From a virus: a DNA stretch of 64,000 nt. Each line of letters opens with the position of its first letter. The first letter of the stretch is position 1. The stretch is taken from the IMG/VR virus record IMGVR_UViG_3300048060_000074; one strand, given 5' to 3'. A program made the position numbers and the translations under genes. Shown here in pieces: positions 38,330 to 46,747 of the stretch. The notes beneath the pieces were generated by a model. The model did not search any database. It was not told the origin of the DNA and was given only the letters and a program-made list of their open reading frames with translations.

Positions 38330-38848
38330 TATGCCGGGCAATGCTCCCGGCGGTCGGCCTTTAAAAGGTGGTGGCATCGGGCTGGCTAGTCATCTACGAA
38401 CAGACCCCAGATGTTCCCGTTGGCGCTGCCGTCTAGCCGGCTACCACCGGCCCCGCACAAGTGCTACGGGCTACTGTCTCGTACAGCACAGCCACCACAA
38501 TGCAAGGCGCCGGCTCGCTCTATAGCACGACCGATCTTTTAAGTGGGGGACTATGACCTCCACAGCCACCCTTGCAAATATGAGTCTCGGCTTCGGTTTC
38601 CACTCTTAGTTTTTCTGTATTCGGCAGGTCGGGCTGTACACGCCCTACGGAATTTACTTTACCGCAAAGCTGCTTTGAAAGGGTCACACCGCGCCGATTA
38701 TCAGGGAATACCTGGCTTTACTACCGTGCCTCGTCCTTGGCAGAAGGGTCTAGAATTTCCACCAAGCCTGCATCGTGGTATCCAGGCTGATTGTACCCAT
38801 AACGTTCCCCTGCGGTATTTACGCATCCTCGCGGTTACCGAGACTCAC
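38330..38848 (-). ncRNA. putative large structured RNA or 5' leader (leftward)
   Basis: starts at the predicted TSS; TGAGTCTCGG 38581-38590 pairs with CCGAGACTCA 38838-38847; many internal hairpins; no RBS-supported ORF. Confidence 0.5.
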
Positions 38849-38854
38849 AGATAA

Positions 38855-38883
38855 AGTATACCACCCTTCCTGACATTTGTCAA
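38855..38883 (-). promoter_or_regulatory. leftward sigma70 promoter of the divergent pair
   Basis: TTGACA-17-TATACT. Confidence 0.85.
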
Positions 38884-38900
38884 GTACGCTTTTCAGTCGA

Positions 38901-38916
38901 TTTTATACGTATAAAA
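38901..38916. promoter_or_regulatory. 16-bp palindrome TTTTATACGTATAAAA centred between divergent promoters
   Basis: 17 bp from each -35 hexamer. Confidence 0.92.
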
Positions 38917-38933
38917 CGTGCCCAAATACCCCC

Positions 38934-38962
38934 TTGACAAACGTCCTGATCTGTGATAGACT
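38934..38962 (+). promoter_or_regulatory. rightward sigma70 promoter of the divergent pair
   Basis: TTGACA-17-TAGACT. Confidence 0.85.
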
Positions 38963-38968
38963 AAGATC

Positions 38969-39640
38969 GCATCGAGGATCTGCCGAATCTCATCTTCTCC
39001 TCCTTTATTCTGTCACGAGTCGGTATGAGCAGCCGACTAACAAAATTGCTCCCTGACAACGGGGCGGCTGGCAGCCGGCAGCCGCCCCGATTGGGTGGGG
39101 AGCACAGAGACCTCAGAGCAATAAGCATCTCGCACTCAGCCTCTTTTGTTTTTCTTGGGGCGCCAGTGCCCGTAGCGGGCGCTCACCTGCTACATGCGAG
39201 GTGCCGCTGGACGCCCAAGAAAAGCACGAGAGGCTTTATGTTTCAGTCGTTTTGGCTAAACACAATCAAATCAATGCAGCACGCCAGTTCGCTGAAACAC
39301 TAAGCCCTGCCCGAACAATGCGGCGGGGTTTTCTGCTTCGCCCTGACGCTACATACTGTACGAGCCGTAAGTCCCAGGCAGCCCCCGAGGGCGAGAGGTT
39401 GACGAGAGGCAGTAAATCCAGATTCCGCATAGCGGCCCCGCCGGGTTACACCAGGGGATGATGGACAAACACCGAAAGGTGTACGTGGTAAGTACCCGCC
39501 TGGTCACGTTTGAGTCCATTCCACGAAAGTGGCTGTGAAAGCGACCGACCGACCGACCGACGGTCATACGTCACCACAGGTCCTCCCTATTTTACGGGGG
39601 GATCTGTCTTCTCCCTCTCTCCCTCCCTCAAGTCATACTC
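38969..39640 (+). ncRNA. putative large structured RNA or 5' leader (rightward)
   Basis: CGGGGCGGCTG/CAGCCGCCCCG, AGTCGG/CCGACT, GCATCTCGCA/TGCGAGGTGC, GAAA tetraloops at 39469-39482 and 39521-39532. Confidence 0.55.
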
Positions 39641-39702
39641 ACAGGAACACAAACAGCAGAAGGCGAGAGAAGCAAGAAGGGGAAGAAGAAAGGGGAAACA
39701 GA

Positions 39703-39921
39703 ATGCCAACAAAGTTTGGAACAGCGACAGTAAGTGAACATGGAGATAACTTTCTAATCGAAGCGCCCTGGTGCGAAGAATTCATTCCAGCCATAAAGAA
39801 GTTACCAAAAGGGTCTCGCTGGTGGGACCCCATCCTTAAAGGGTGGCTGGTAAGAGACGAGGTCTATACCAAGGCACTCGTCATCGTGTCAAGATTCTTT
39901 AACATCGAGTACGAAGACTAG
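39703..39921 (+). CDS. small protein (WDP..K.W motif)
   Basis: AGGGG RBS; MPTKFG...RWWDPILKGWLV. Confidence 0.65.
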   Translation: MPTKFGTATVSEHGDNFLIEAPWCEEFIPAIKKLPKGSRWWDPILKGWLVRDEVYTKALVIVSRFFNIEYED

Positions 39922-39928
39922 ATTCCGG

Positions 39929-39944
39929 TTTTACACGTGTAAAA
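39929..39944. promoter_or_regulatory. 16-bp palindrome TTTTACACGTGTAAAA
   Basis: between stop at 39921 and RBS of 39955. Confidence 0.9.
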
Positions 39945-39954
39945 CGAAAGGAAA

Positions 39955-40416
39955 ATGATGACGGAAACAAGATTCATTACGAGTATGTCCACGATAGCCA
40001 AAGAGTCGACATCGCTGATCGCGCATCATGATAGTGACTCATTGGAGGAGCGTATTGCCAGTCTCCTCTCGATTTCCAGAAAGTCGCGACGGCTTGCAGA
40101 ACAACTAGATCGTGCGAGGCTGAGACAGGTGCGGTTTGCCGAGGAGGATATCTACCTCGAAATAGCCGTCATCGAGCCAGCCCAGTATCCGTATGGGTTC
40201 AGCGCAAACCTCGCTCTTTATTTCGACGACCTGGAGCAAGCTAACTATTCTGTGGAAGAAATGCTTCTGAATCGTGGCGTAATAGACAAAAGAACGTCTA
40301 TAACCGACACAGAGCAAGACTGTTTTTGCATCTACTTCACAGATATGAAGGCTGGATCAGAGTTCATCTACCGGCTGAACGCTTTTCTGGACGAGCACGT
40401 GGCGGGGGTGGTATGA
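39955..40416 (+). CDS. hypothetical protein
   Basis: AAAGGA RBS. Confidence 0.7.
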   Translation: MMTETRFITSMSTIAKESTSLIAHHDSDSLEERIASLLSISRKSRRLAEQLDRARLRQVRFAEEDIYLEIAVIEPAQYPYGFSANLALYFDDLEQANYSVEEMLLNRGVIDKRTSITDTEQDCFCIYFTDMKAGSEFIYRLNAFLDEHVAGVV

Positions 40417-40643
40417 CAGAGGTTTTCAAACTTGAAGACAGAGAGCTATACGAAGAAGAAGATTTAGAAGCAGAACGACTTCGCGACTACGTTAAGACGA
40501 TCTGCCGACAAGGATTCTTGAATACACAACCAGACCCACTAAGCGAGACGCAGTCCTATCTGGTTTTTGTTGCATTGAGGGCCTTGATTATGAAAAAGAA
40601 ACTCGTGGCCAGGCATGAAAATAGTGTGGAGGCTAAGGAATGA
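40413..40643 (+). CDS. hypothetical protein
   Basis: ATGA coupling. Confidence 0.6.
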   Translation: MTEVFKLEDRELYEEEDLEAERLRDYVKTICRQGFLNTQPDPLSETQSYLVFVALRALIMKKKLVARHENSVEAKE

Positions 40644-40782
40644 CCGACGGCAAAGTAGATTACCAGATCAAAAAGACCGAACCGGAGCTAGATCCAAGCA
40701 ACTGGCGGATGACCAGGCTAACGCCCGAGGAGAGCCAGATAGTCGACGAGGTGTGGTAAGGAAACCAACTCTTAACCAACTC

Positions 40783-40811
40783 TTGACAGCATTTTCGCTT
40801 TGTGCTACAAT
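40783..40811 (+). promoter_or_regulatory. sigma70 promoter of the packaging operon
   Basis: TTGACA-17-TACAAT; ATG 7 nt downstream. Confidence 0.8.
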
Positions 40812-40817
40812 GAGTGT

Positions 40818-41369
40818 ATGGACTCGCTGAGGCATAGAGCAAGAGAAGAGTTCGTCCGCCTGTACCTCGAAAACGGGAGAATTACCCGTCTTTGGTTTGC
40901 CGAGTATTCTCTACAGATACTCGGCGAAGAGGTGCCGCTGAACACGATCCAATGGTGGTACAAGGTGGACTCGTGGGCGACCAGGCTGAGTGCGGCCACG
41001 TTTGACTCTGTCGATCTAAAGCGTACAAAGAGGCTGCTCGACGGAGTCTTTAAGGAGATCGCAGATTTCCAGGCAGGAAGTCTAAGCCTTTCTGAAAAAG
41101 AGCTATCCAGTGTTGCACAAACACTGAATTTGTTAGTCACCGGACTCCCAATAGCACTGATCTCTCTTGTAGAAGACGAACTGATCGACGCCACAGATTT
41201 CTTCTATGACTATGTCGACGAGAAGTTTGGCGTAATGCTCAGGACTCATCGCCTGAGCATTTTGCGTTCCTACAAGACACTGAGATCGCGCGTCCTCCCA
41301 GAGATTCCGCTTTCCACGAAACAAGGTGTGGAAGCGGATTCCATTGTTATGGGGGGAACAGTAAAGTGA
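40818..41369 (+). CDS. candidate terminase small subunit
   Basis: directly upstream of terL; helical, with N-terminal HTH-like segment (VPLNTIQWW). Confidence 0.5.
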   Translation: MDSLRHRAREEFVRLYLENGRITRLWFAEYSLQILGEEVPLNTIQWWYKVDSWATRLSAATFDSVDLKRTKRLLDGVFKEIADFQAGSLSLSEKELSSVAQTLNLLVTGLPIALISLVEDELIDATDFFYDYVDEKFGVMLRTHRLSILRSYKTLRSRVLPEIPLSTKQGVEADSIVMGGTVK

Positions 41370-41400
41370 ATCGCCAAGCCCGGGTTAGATCGTATATGAC

Positions 41401-43065
41401 TTGGCAAAGTCTCTCTCCAGGCTGGTCAGCGAAGAACAGCTAGAAGAACTCAAGAAGTGCAGCCAAAGTGTCATCTATTGGCTTACCAAGTATGTCTACC
41501 TAAGACATACTACTCAGGGGAAGATTCCTTGGGACAAGCCATACCCGTACCAGGTAGAGTTTCTTGAAGCTCTAGAGCGTGGTGAGGATGTTCTGTGTTG
41601 CAAGTCCCGCCGTGTTGGGGCGTCCTGGACAGCGTGCGCGTTTGTTCTATGGCGGATTATGTTCCGCCCGGATATCACCTGCCTATTGCTGTCCAGAAAA
41701 CAAAAACTTGCCGAGGGGTTGCTCGTCAGGGTAAAGTTCATCCTGAAGCACCTGCCGGAGTGGATGCGCCCGAAGGTGGTTGCCCAGAATAAGAGTGAAA
41801 TTGTCTTTCGTTTCGTCTTTCGTGGTAACGTTGGCGAGTCAAATGTCCTCTCCCTCACCACCACTGACGACAGTGGCAGAGGCGAAGACGCCGCCGTGGT
41901 GCTAATGGACGAAGCGGCGTTTATGCAGAACGCCGACGACGTTTGGTCGGCGATTGGCCCGACGGCGGCCTTTGGCGGGCAGAGAGCAGTCATCTCGACG
42001 CCAAACGGGGTCGGTGGACTTTTCCATAGATTGGTCTCCGAGTCTCGCCTTGGGGTCGACAACGGGTTCACCTACCTTGAGGCCCATTGGAAAAGGGACT
42101 GCGGCCTTTCCGATGAGTGGTACGTTAGAGCCACGCGCGGAATGGGCCTGCTCAAGAAACAGCAGGAATTCGGCCTGGTGTTCCTGTCATCTGGCAGGCC
42201 ATTCTTTGACCTGAATGCGCTGAACCGCTGCTACAAGCCGACTAGCAGGTTTCCCGAGATTGCATCGGCGATGTGCAAAACGGCAATGAACTTTGGCGGT
42301 GTTGATACGTCGGAGGGGCATACGCTAGCCGATGGCGGCCAGCCAGATTTTCATTCGATCACCATACTCAACCAGTACGGTGTTCAGATTTATCAGTACT
42401 CGAACAACAAAATCAGCCAGAGAGAGTTCTCTGGCTACACCGAGCGACTGCCAGATGGACAGGCCGTCGAGGTGGAGAGCGTTCCAAGCAAGATACACCG
42501 GGAGTATCCAGGGATGATGGCTATCGAGCGGTGGGGGAGCGGCGATATAACCTACGCCCACCACCAGGTGCCTCTTGATGGGCGGTCGAACGTCGTAGCC
42601 CGCAGGCAGACCAACTCGTCGAAAATGTCCGGTCTAAACGCGCTTCGTCGAATGATAAACGACGATGCGATAGTGATAACGGACCAATTCACTTACCATT
42701 GCTGTACGACGTTCGAGGACCAGACTTCTGGAATCGTCCAGAAGGCTGCTGCCTCGAAGGGGTCATTCGACGACCCGGTGATCACCCTAATGCTCGCCGC
42801 GCGTGAGTGGGAGCGGTGGGGTGGCTACCAGTTCGATCTTACATCTATCGGCCAAACATCAGGGGGACAAAGAGCGGTCGGGCTGCGCCAACAGTCCGAT
42901 ATGGCGCAAGGTGATTTGGCAAAACTTTTACCAGTTGGAACAATTGCGCAGGGCCCGCTTTGGCAAGAGCGGGAACCATTCGAGCCCGGGGAAGGCAATC
43001 GGAGGTATAGCGATGACATCGACCTCGTCCGCAGAGGAAAAAAGATGCGTCCGACCGGGCTGTAG
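41401..43065 (+). CDS. terL: terminase large subunit
   Basis: KSRRVGASW Walker A, VLMDEAAF Walker B, ISTPNG, nuclease GVDTSEG and SFDDPV. Confidence 0.93.
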   Translation: MAKSLSRLVSEEQLEELKKCSQSVIYWLTKYVYLRHTTQGKIPWDKPYPYQVEFLEALERGEDVLCCKSRRVGASWTACAFVLWRIMFRPDITCLLLSRKQKLAEGLLVRVKFILKHLPEWMRPKVVAQNKSEIVFRFVFRGNVGESNVLSLTTTDDSGRGEDAAVVLMDEAAFMQNADDVWSAIGPTAAFGGQRAVISTPNGVGGLFHRLVSESRLGVDNGFTYLEAHWKRDCGLSDEWYVRATRGMGLLKKQQEFGLVFLSSGRPFFDLNALNRCYKPTSRFPEIASAMCKTAMNFGGVDTSEGHTLADGGQPDFHSITILNQYGVQIYQYSNNKISQREFSGYTERLPDGQAVEVESVPSKIHREYPGMMAIERWGSGDITYAHHQVPLDGRSNVVARRQTNSSKMSGLNALRRMINDDAIVITDQFTYHCCTTFEDQTSGIVQKAAASKGSFDDPVITLMLAAREWERWGGYQFDLTSIGQTSGGQRAVGLRQQSDMAQGDLAKLLPVGTIAQGPLWQEREPFEPGEGNRRYSDDIDLVRRGKKMRPTGL

Positions 43066-46000
43066 TCGCACTCTTAACAAGGGGAAATTGTACTGTAGTT
43101 CTACGTGCTTTGCCCTGGACAGGCCACGAAAGAAAATGTTGCGCAGCGCCGCGTCAGACATGTCCTCGGCAGTTCACGAATGGATACCGGAGGCACAGAG
43201 AAACCAGCTAGTTTCGATGGTTGGCGCTGGCCCGGCGACGGTCGTGCTTGAGGAGATCGCCTATTCTTTAGAGCAGCGCAAGCCGATAGCGGCTCCCCCG
43301 CTCGACCTGCGACGAACTCGGTCCGGGTATGCAGACGGCGACCGCTTCGGTATACTCCAGATGAGCAACGGGAGATCGTATAGGCCGGACGATTCGTTGA
43401 GCTATACGACCATCGACGACATGTTGACGAATGGGCATGTTCTCTTTGCTCTCAACATGAAGCTCGCCGGGATTCGTAGCGTACTGCGCGACGACCGTTC
43501 GTGGGTCGTGCGATGTGAGGATAAGCGAATCTCGCAGACCATTCGAGGCATCATGAACTGGGTGTTCCGTAGGTACGCAAAAGAGATGCTTCTCTCTATG
43601 GCTTATGGCGCGTCCTTCTTTGAGAAGGTCTGGACGTATAAGCCCGCTTCATACTGGGGCATCGAGGGCACGCGGGGCAAAGTCTACGGCTATGACGCAT
43701 TGCTTTCCTGCCATCCAAGGTCTATTGCCCACATCAATTACACTGATGACGGGCAGCACTTCGATGGGTTTACTCAGTCTCCGAGCGGTATTGTAGCCGG
43801 GCCAGGCACAACGCCGGTGCCGGCAGAAACCGCCCTGGTCATTACGTATGACAAGAGATGGAGGAACCTGTGGGGGAATCCTGGATTCGATCCAGTGTAC
43901 CCGTTATGGTTCTGGTTGGAGGTGACGCTGCGCTCGTTTCTGCGTTACTTGGAGCGCACTGGAACACCCGTTACTGTTTGTTACGCGCCAGGGCACGGCA
44001 ATACAATGGCGCCAGACGGGACGTTGTATGCCAACCTCAAATATGCGCAATTGGTTGCAGGGTACGTTGCAAAGTCGAACGCCATTGCCATTCCAAGCGA
44101 CGTCGACCCGGACACCAAACAGCAGCTTTGGCGGTTGGAATACCTGGCGGATGACAAGCGGGGCGATCAGTTCGTCAGAGCAATCGAGGTCTTGGGCACG
44201 CTGATTGCCAGGGCGATGATACTTGCCGACCGGGCGACGATGCAAGGCTCGGAGGTGGGGAGCTACGCGGCATCAGAGACGCACATGGCTGCCACGGTGA
44301 CACACAACGAGTTGGTGCTCGACGAGCTTTTGATCCAGGTAAACGATTATTTGGTCGAGCCGATTAGGCGGTATAACGGCACGCAGCGCACGCCTAGGGC
44401 CTGGATCGAGACCGCAACGATGGACCCGGAGGCCAGGGAGCGACTATTCAAGCTGCTATCGACAATGGGCAACCAACAGGGCAGCGATGCGATGAAGCAG
44501 GTTGACTGGGCCGCGATTATGGAGGTCATGAGGGTCCCTGTCAAGTCGCCTGAGGAAATCGAGCAGGATTTCCAGGACGAACTCAAGCACACCGAGGAGC
44601 GGAACAAAATGCTTGCCAAGTCTGCGGAACAGGGGGCAGGCGCTCCGTTTCCAAAGAAGGGACAGGGGCCAGAGGCGGAAGCCAAGCAAAAACAGGCAAC
44701 GGCGGAAAAGGTCAAGCAGTCTGCGGATTGGGCATTGTACCAGGTATCCAGCGGCGCGACTGTGCCGTTGATGGTGACTGGTGCGCAAGCACTGGAGATT
44801 GCAGATCGGTTCTCGGAGAATCCCAGCTATTTTTTTTCGAGAACGACCGACGGCTTTGATGCTCAGGTAGAACGTATCGTCGAGCAGATTATGTCTGAGG
44901 TCGAAGGCGTCGAAACAGCCAGCCCGGAGGACATTCAAAGGCTGCGAGAGCTTATCCTGCGAGAGATTGGGTTGTCTGACAGTTCGGCCAAGTTGGAATA
45001 TGACGACCTAGATTATGACGCCATCGAGCTTGCCTTGGGTGCATGGCTCAAAGAGGCTTGGAAGAAAGTCAAACAGATAGCCAGCAAGGTAGTGAAGGCG
45101 GTTACCGGCAGGACGCCGCAAGAATGGAAGAAGACTAGGGAGACAGGAAGCCGAGGCGGGGTGACGGTAACGAGAGCAGATGGAACGACTTATACGTGGA
45201 GATCTGAGGACCATCCGAGAGATGCCAGTGGGAAATTTGCAAAGAAGGCGGCGGCTGATTCAGAAGGCGGCGAGGCTGACGAGAAGGGGCTAGTTGAGGA
45301 TATTCCAGATCTCTCTGGCCCGGAGCATCCGCCAAAGCCGCCACCGCTCACCTCCCTCTTTTCAGAAGATCGGTGGGAAACGCCGAGTGAGTTTCCTGAT
45401 ATCGAGAATGCCAGCGAGGTCAGGACTATAACGGTGGATGGACTGTCGTATGCAGCCATTGGCGAGATAGACCCCGAACTGTTTGCTTCTATACACGAAA
45501 CGAGGGCGGGAATGGCCGAAAAGTCAGAAGGTCTCTATGACGGCCTTGAGCCTGTGCACCTGACAATATTGAATATGGAAGACACTGCCTCCATGGCGTC
45601 CGCTCTTGGTGTTAGCGAGGATGATGTCAGGTCTTATGTAGAAGAAACCGGCGGGCAAATGGCCGTGTTTGGAATGATGGGCGGCATCACGATTGATGAT
45701 AAGCTGGCACGTGAATCCAAGGAGATGTTTGAAGTGGTATTGTACCATGAGACATTGCATGGGCAATCTAGAGAGAACGGATCCGTGATGGCAACTTTCA
45801 CATACGATCCTGATGAAATATGGACTACATTGCTTACTATGGAATATGCCCAAAAACATGGATTGCCGGAGGTGAATGGGTACCCAACGTGGACATCCTG
45901 GGCAGTTCAAGCGGCGGACAATCTCGGATGGAGTAAGCAAAAGTTGTTTGACTATGCAGAAAGAGCGCATAGACTTGGTGGAACGGATTCCAAAGAGTTG

Positions 46001-46177
46001 GTGGGTGCTCTTTTGGAACAAGCCGACGTGAGTGGCGGCACCTCTGAGACGAGAGACCGCAGATACAAAGAATCTCTCAAAGAAATGTTCCCAGAGTGGG
46101 AAAACGATACAAAGGCACTTGCCTCTGTGTATGGAATAGACGTGGATGATTTTGTCTCCAGTCTGTGGGGTGAATAA
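43013..46177 (+). CDS. portal protein (DUF935/Mu gp29-like) fused to an N-terminal Zn finger and a C-terminal HExxH domain
   Basis: GGAGG RBS at 43001; core with NLWG...YPLWFW...FLRYLERTGTP; EDHPRDASGKF; VLYHETLHG. Confidence 0.8.
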   Translation: MTSTSSAEEKRCVRPGCSRTLNKGKLYCSSTCFALDRPRKKMLRSAASDMSSAVHEWIPEAQRNQLVSMVGAGPATVVLEEIAYSLEQRKPIAAPPLDLRRTRSGYADGDRFGILQMSNGRSYRPDDSLSYTTIDDMLTNGHVLFALNMKLAGIRSVLRDDRSWVVRCEDKRISQTIRGIMNWVFRRYAKEMLLSMAYGASFFEKVWTYKPASYWGIEGTRGKVYGYDALLSCHPRSIAHINYTDDGQHFDGFTQSPSGIVAGPGTTPVPAETALVITYDKRWRNLWGNPGFDPVYPLWFWLEVTLRSFLRYLERTGTPVTVCYAPGHGNTMAPDGTLYANLKYAQLVAGYVAKSNAIAIPSDVDPDTKQQLWRLEYLADDKRGDQFVRAIEVLGTLIARAMILADRATMQGSEVGSYAASETHMAATVTHNELVLDELLIQVNDYLVEPIRRYNGTQRTPRAWIETATMDPEARERLFKLLSTMGNQQGSDAMKQVDWAAIMEVMRVPVKSPEEIEQDFQDELKHTEERNKMLAKSAEQGAGAPFPKKGQGPEAEAKQKQATAEKVKQSADWALYQVSSGATVPLMVTGAQALEIADRFSENPSYFFSRTTDGFDAQVERIVEQIMSEVEGVETASPEDIQRLRELILREIGLSDSSAKLEYDDLDYDAIELALGAWLKEAWKKVKQIASKVVKAVTGRTPQEWKKTRETGSRGGVTVTRADGTTYTWRSEDHPRDASGKFAKKAAADSEGGEADEKGLVEDIPDLSGPEHPPKPPPLTSLFSEDRWETPSEFPDIENASEVRTITVDGLSYAAIGEIDPELFASIHETRAGMAEKSEGLYDGLEPVHLTILNMEDTASMASALGVSEDDVRSYVEETGGQMAVFGMMGGITIDDKLARESKEMFEVVLYHETLHGQSRENGSVMATFTYDPDEIWTTLLTMEYAQKHGLPEVNGYPTWTSWAVQAADNLGWSKQKLFDYAERAHRLGGTDSKELVGALLEQADVSGGTSETRDRRYKESLKEMFPEWENDTKALASVYGIDVDDFVSSLWGE

Positions 46178-46341
46178 TGACGAATAAGGTAGTCGCTGAC
46201 GCACTTGAGAAACATTTTGGTATCAAGGTTGGCAGCCCGGTCGACGAGTCCGCGAAAGGCATGAGCAATGAGGCCGTTGCTGTATTGAAAGAATTCGAGT
46301 TATTCGATATCGAGGAGGTTGATGAAGAGGAGCCTGGATGA
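46177..46341 (+). CDS. 54-aa acidic protein (not in ORF track)
   Basis: TAATG and ATGA coupling on both sides. Confidence 0.6.
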   Translation: MTNKVVADALEKHFGIKVGSPVDESAKGMSNEAVAVLKEFELFDIEEVDEEEPG

Positions 46342-46703
46342 TCCGCATGCACGTTAAGATCGATCCGCTTCCTGGAGTACCTACAGACTTGCTTTTCGAT
46401 GCCGCAGCCGAGCGATATGAAAAGACGACCATCGAGATTGGCAAGCAGCTTGGCGGCATTCTCGTCACAGACAAGAAACTTCATGCTTACCTGAAAGCGG
46501 TCTTTGACAAGATTGTGCGAGGGCATGGCGGGCCGCCTGATGTGCTTCGCCCGCCTCATTATCCGGCAGAGGAGTTCGAGCCGTTTCAGGCAGTGTTCAC
46601 CATCGCCATCCCGGTGGCCGGCAAGGCCCTTGAGGCAACCAAGACGTATTTTGTGCGGAGGCCGAGAATGTTCCCTGGACTCATCCGGCAGCTAAAGCAC
46701 TGA
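46338..46703 (+). CDS. hypothetical protein
   Basis: GAGGAG RBS, coupled. Confidence 0.7.
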   Translation: MIRMHVKIDPLPGVPTDLLFDAAAERYEKTTIEIGKQLGGILVTDKKLHAYLKAVFDKIVRGHGGPPDVLRPPHYPAEEFEPFQAVFTIAIPVAGKALEATKTYFVRRPRMFPGLIRQLKH

Positions 46704-46719
46704 TTTTATACGTATAAAA
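46704..46719. promoter_or_regulatory. 16-bp palindrome TTTTATACGTATAAAA
   Basis: abuts stop at 46703, at the head of the glycan island. Confidence 0.9.
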
Positions 46720-46747
46720 TGGGAAAATCTACGAATTGCGGGAGAGC

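Noticed and set aside
38330-39640. Group II intron, tmRNA or RNase P identity for the structured RNAs
   Set aside because: I could not find a complete domain V, tmRNA ends, the RNase P GAGGAAAGUCC motif or a maturase; a partial GAGCCGTA at ~39361 is insufficient
42803-43012. ORF-track N-terminal extension of the portal
   Set aside because: Overlaps terL extensively; the GGAGG RBS supports ATG 43013
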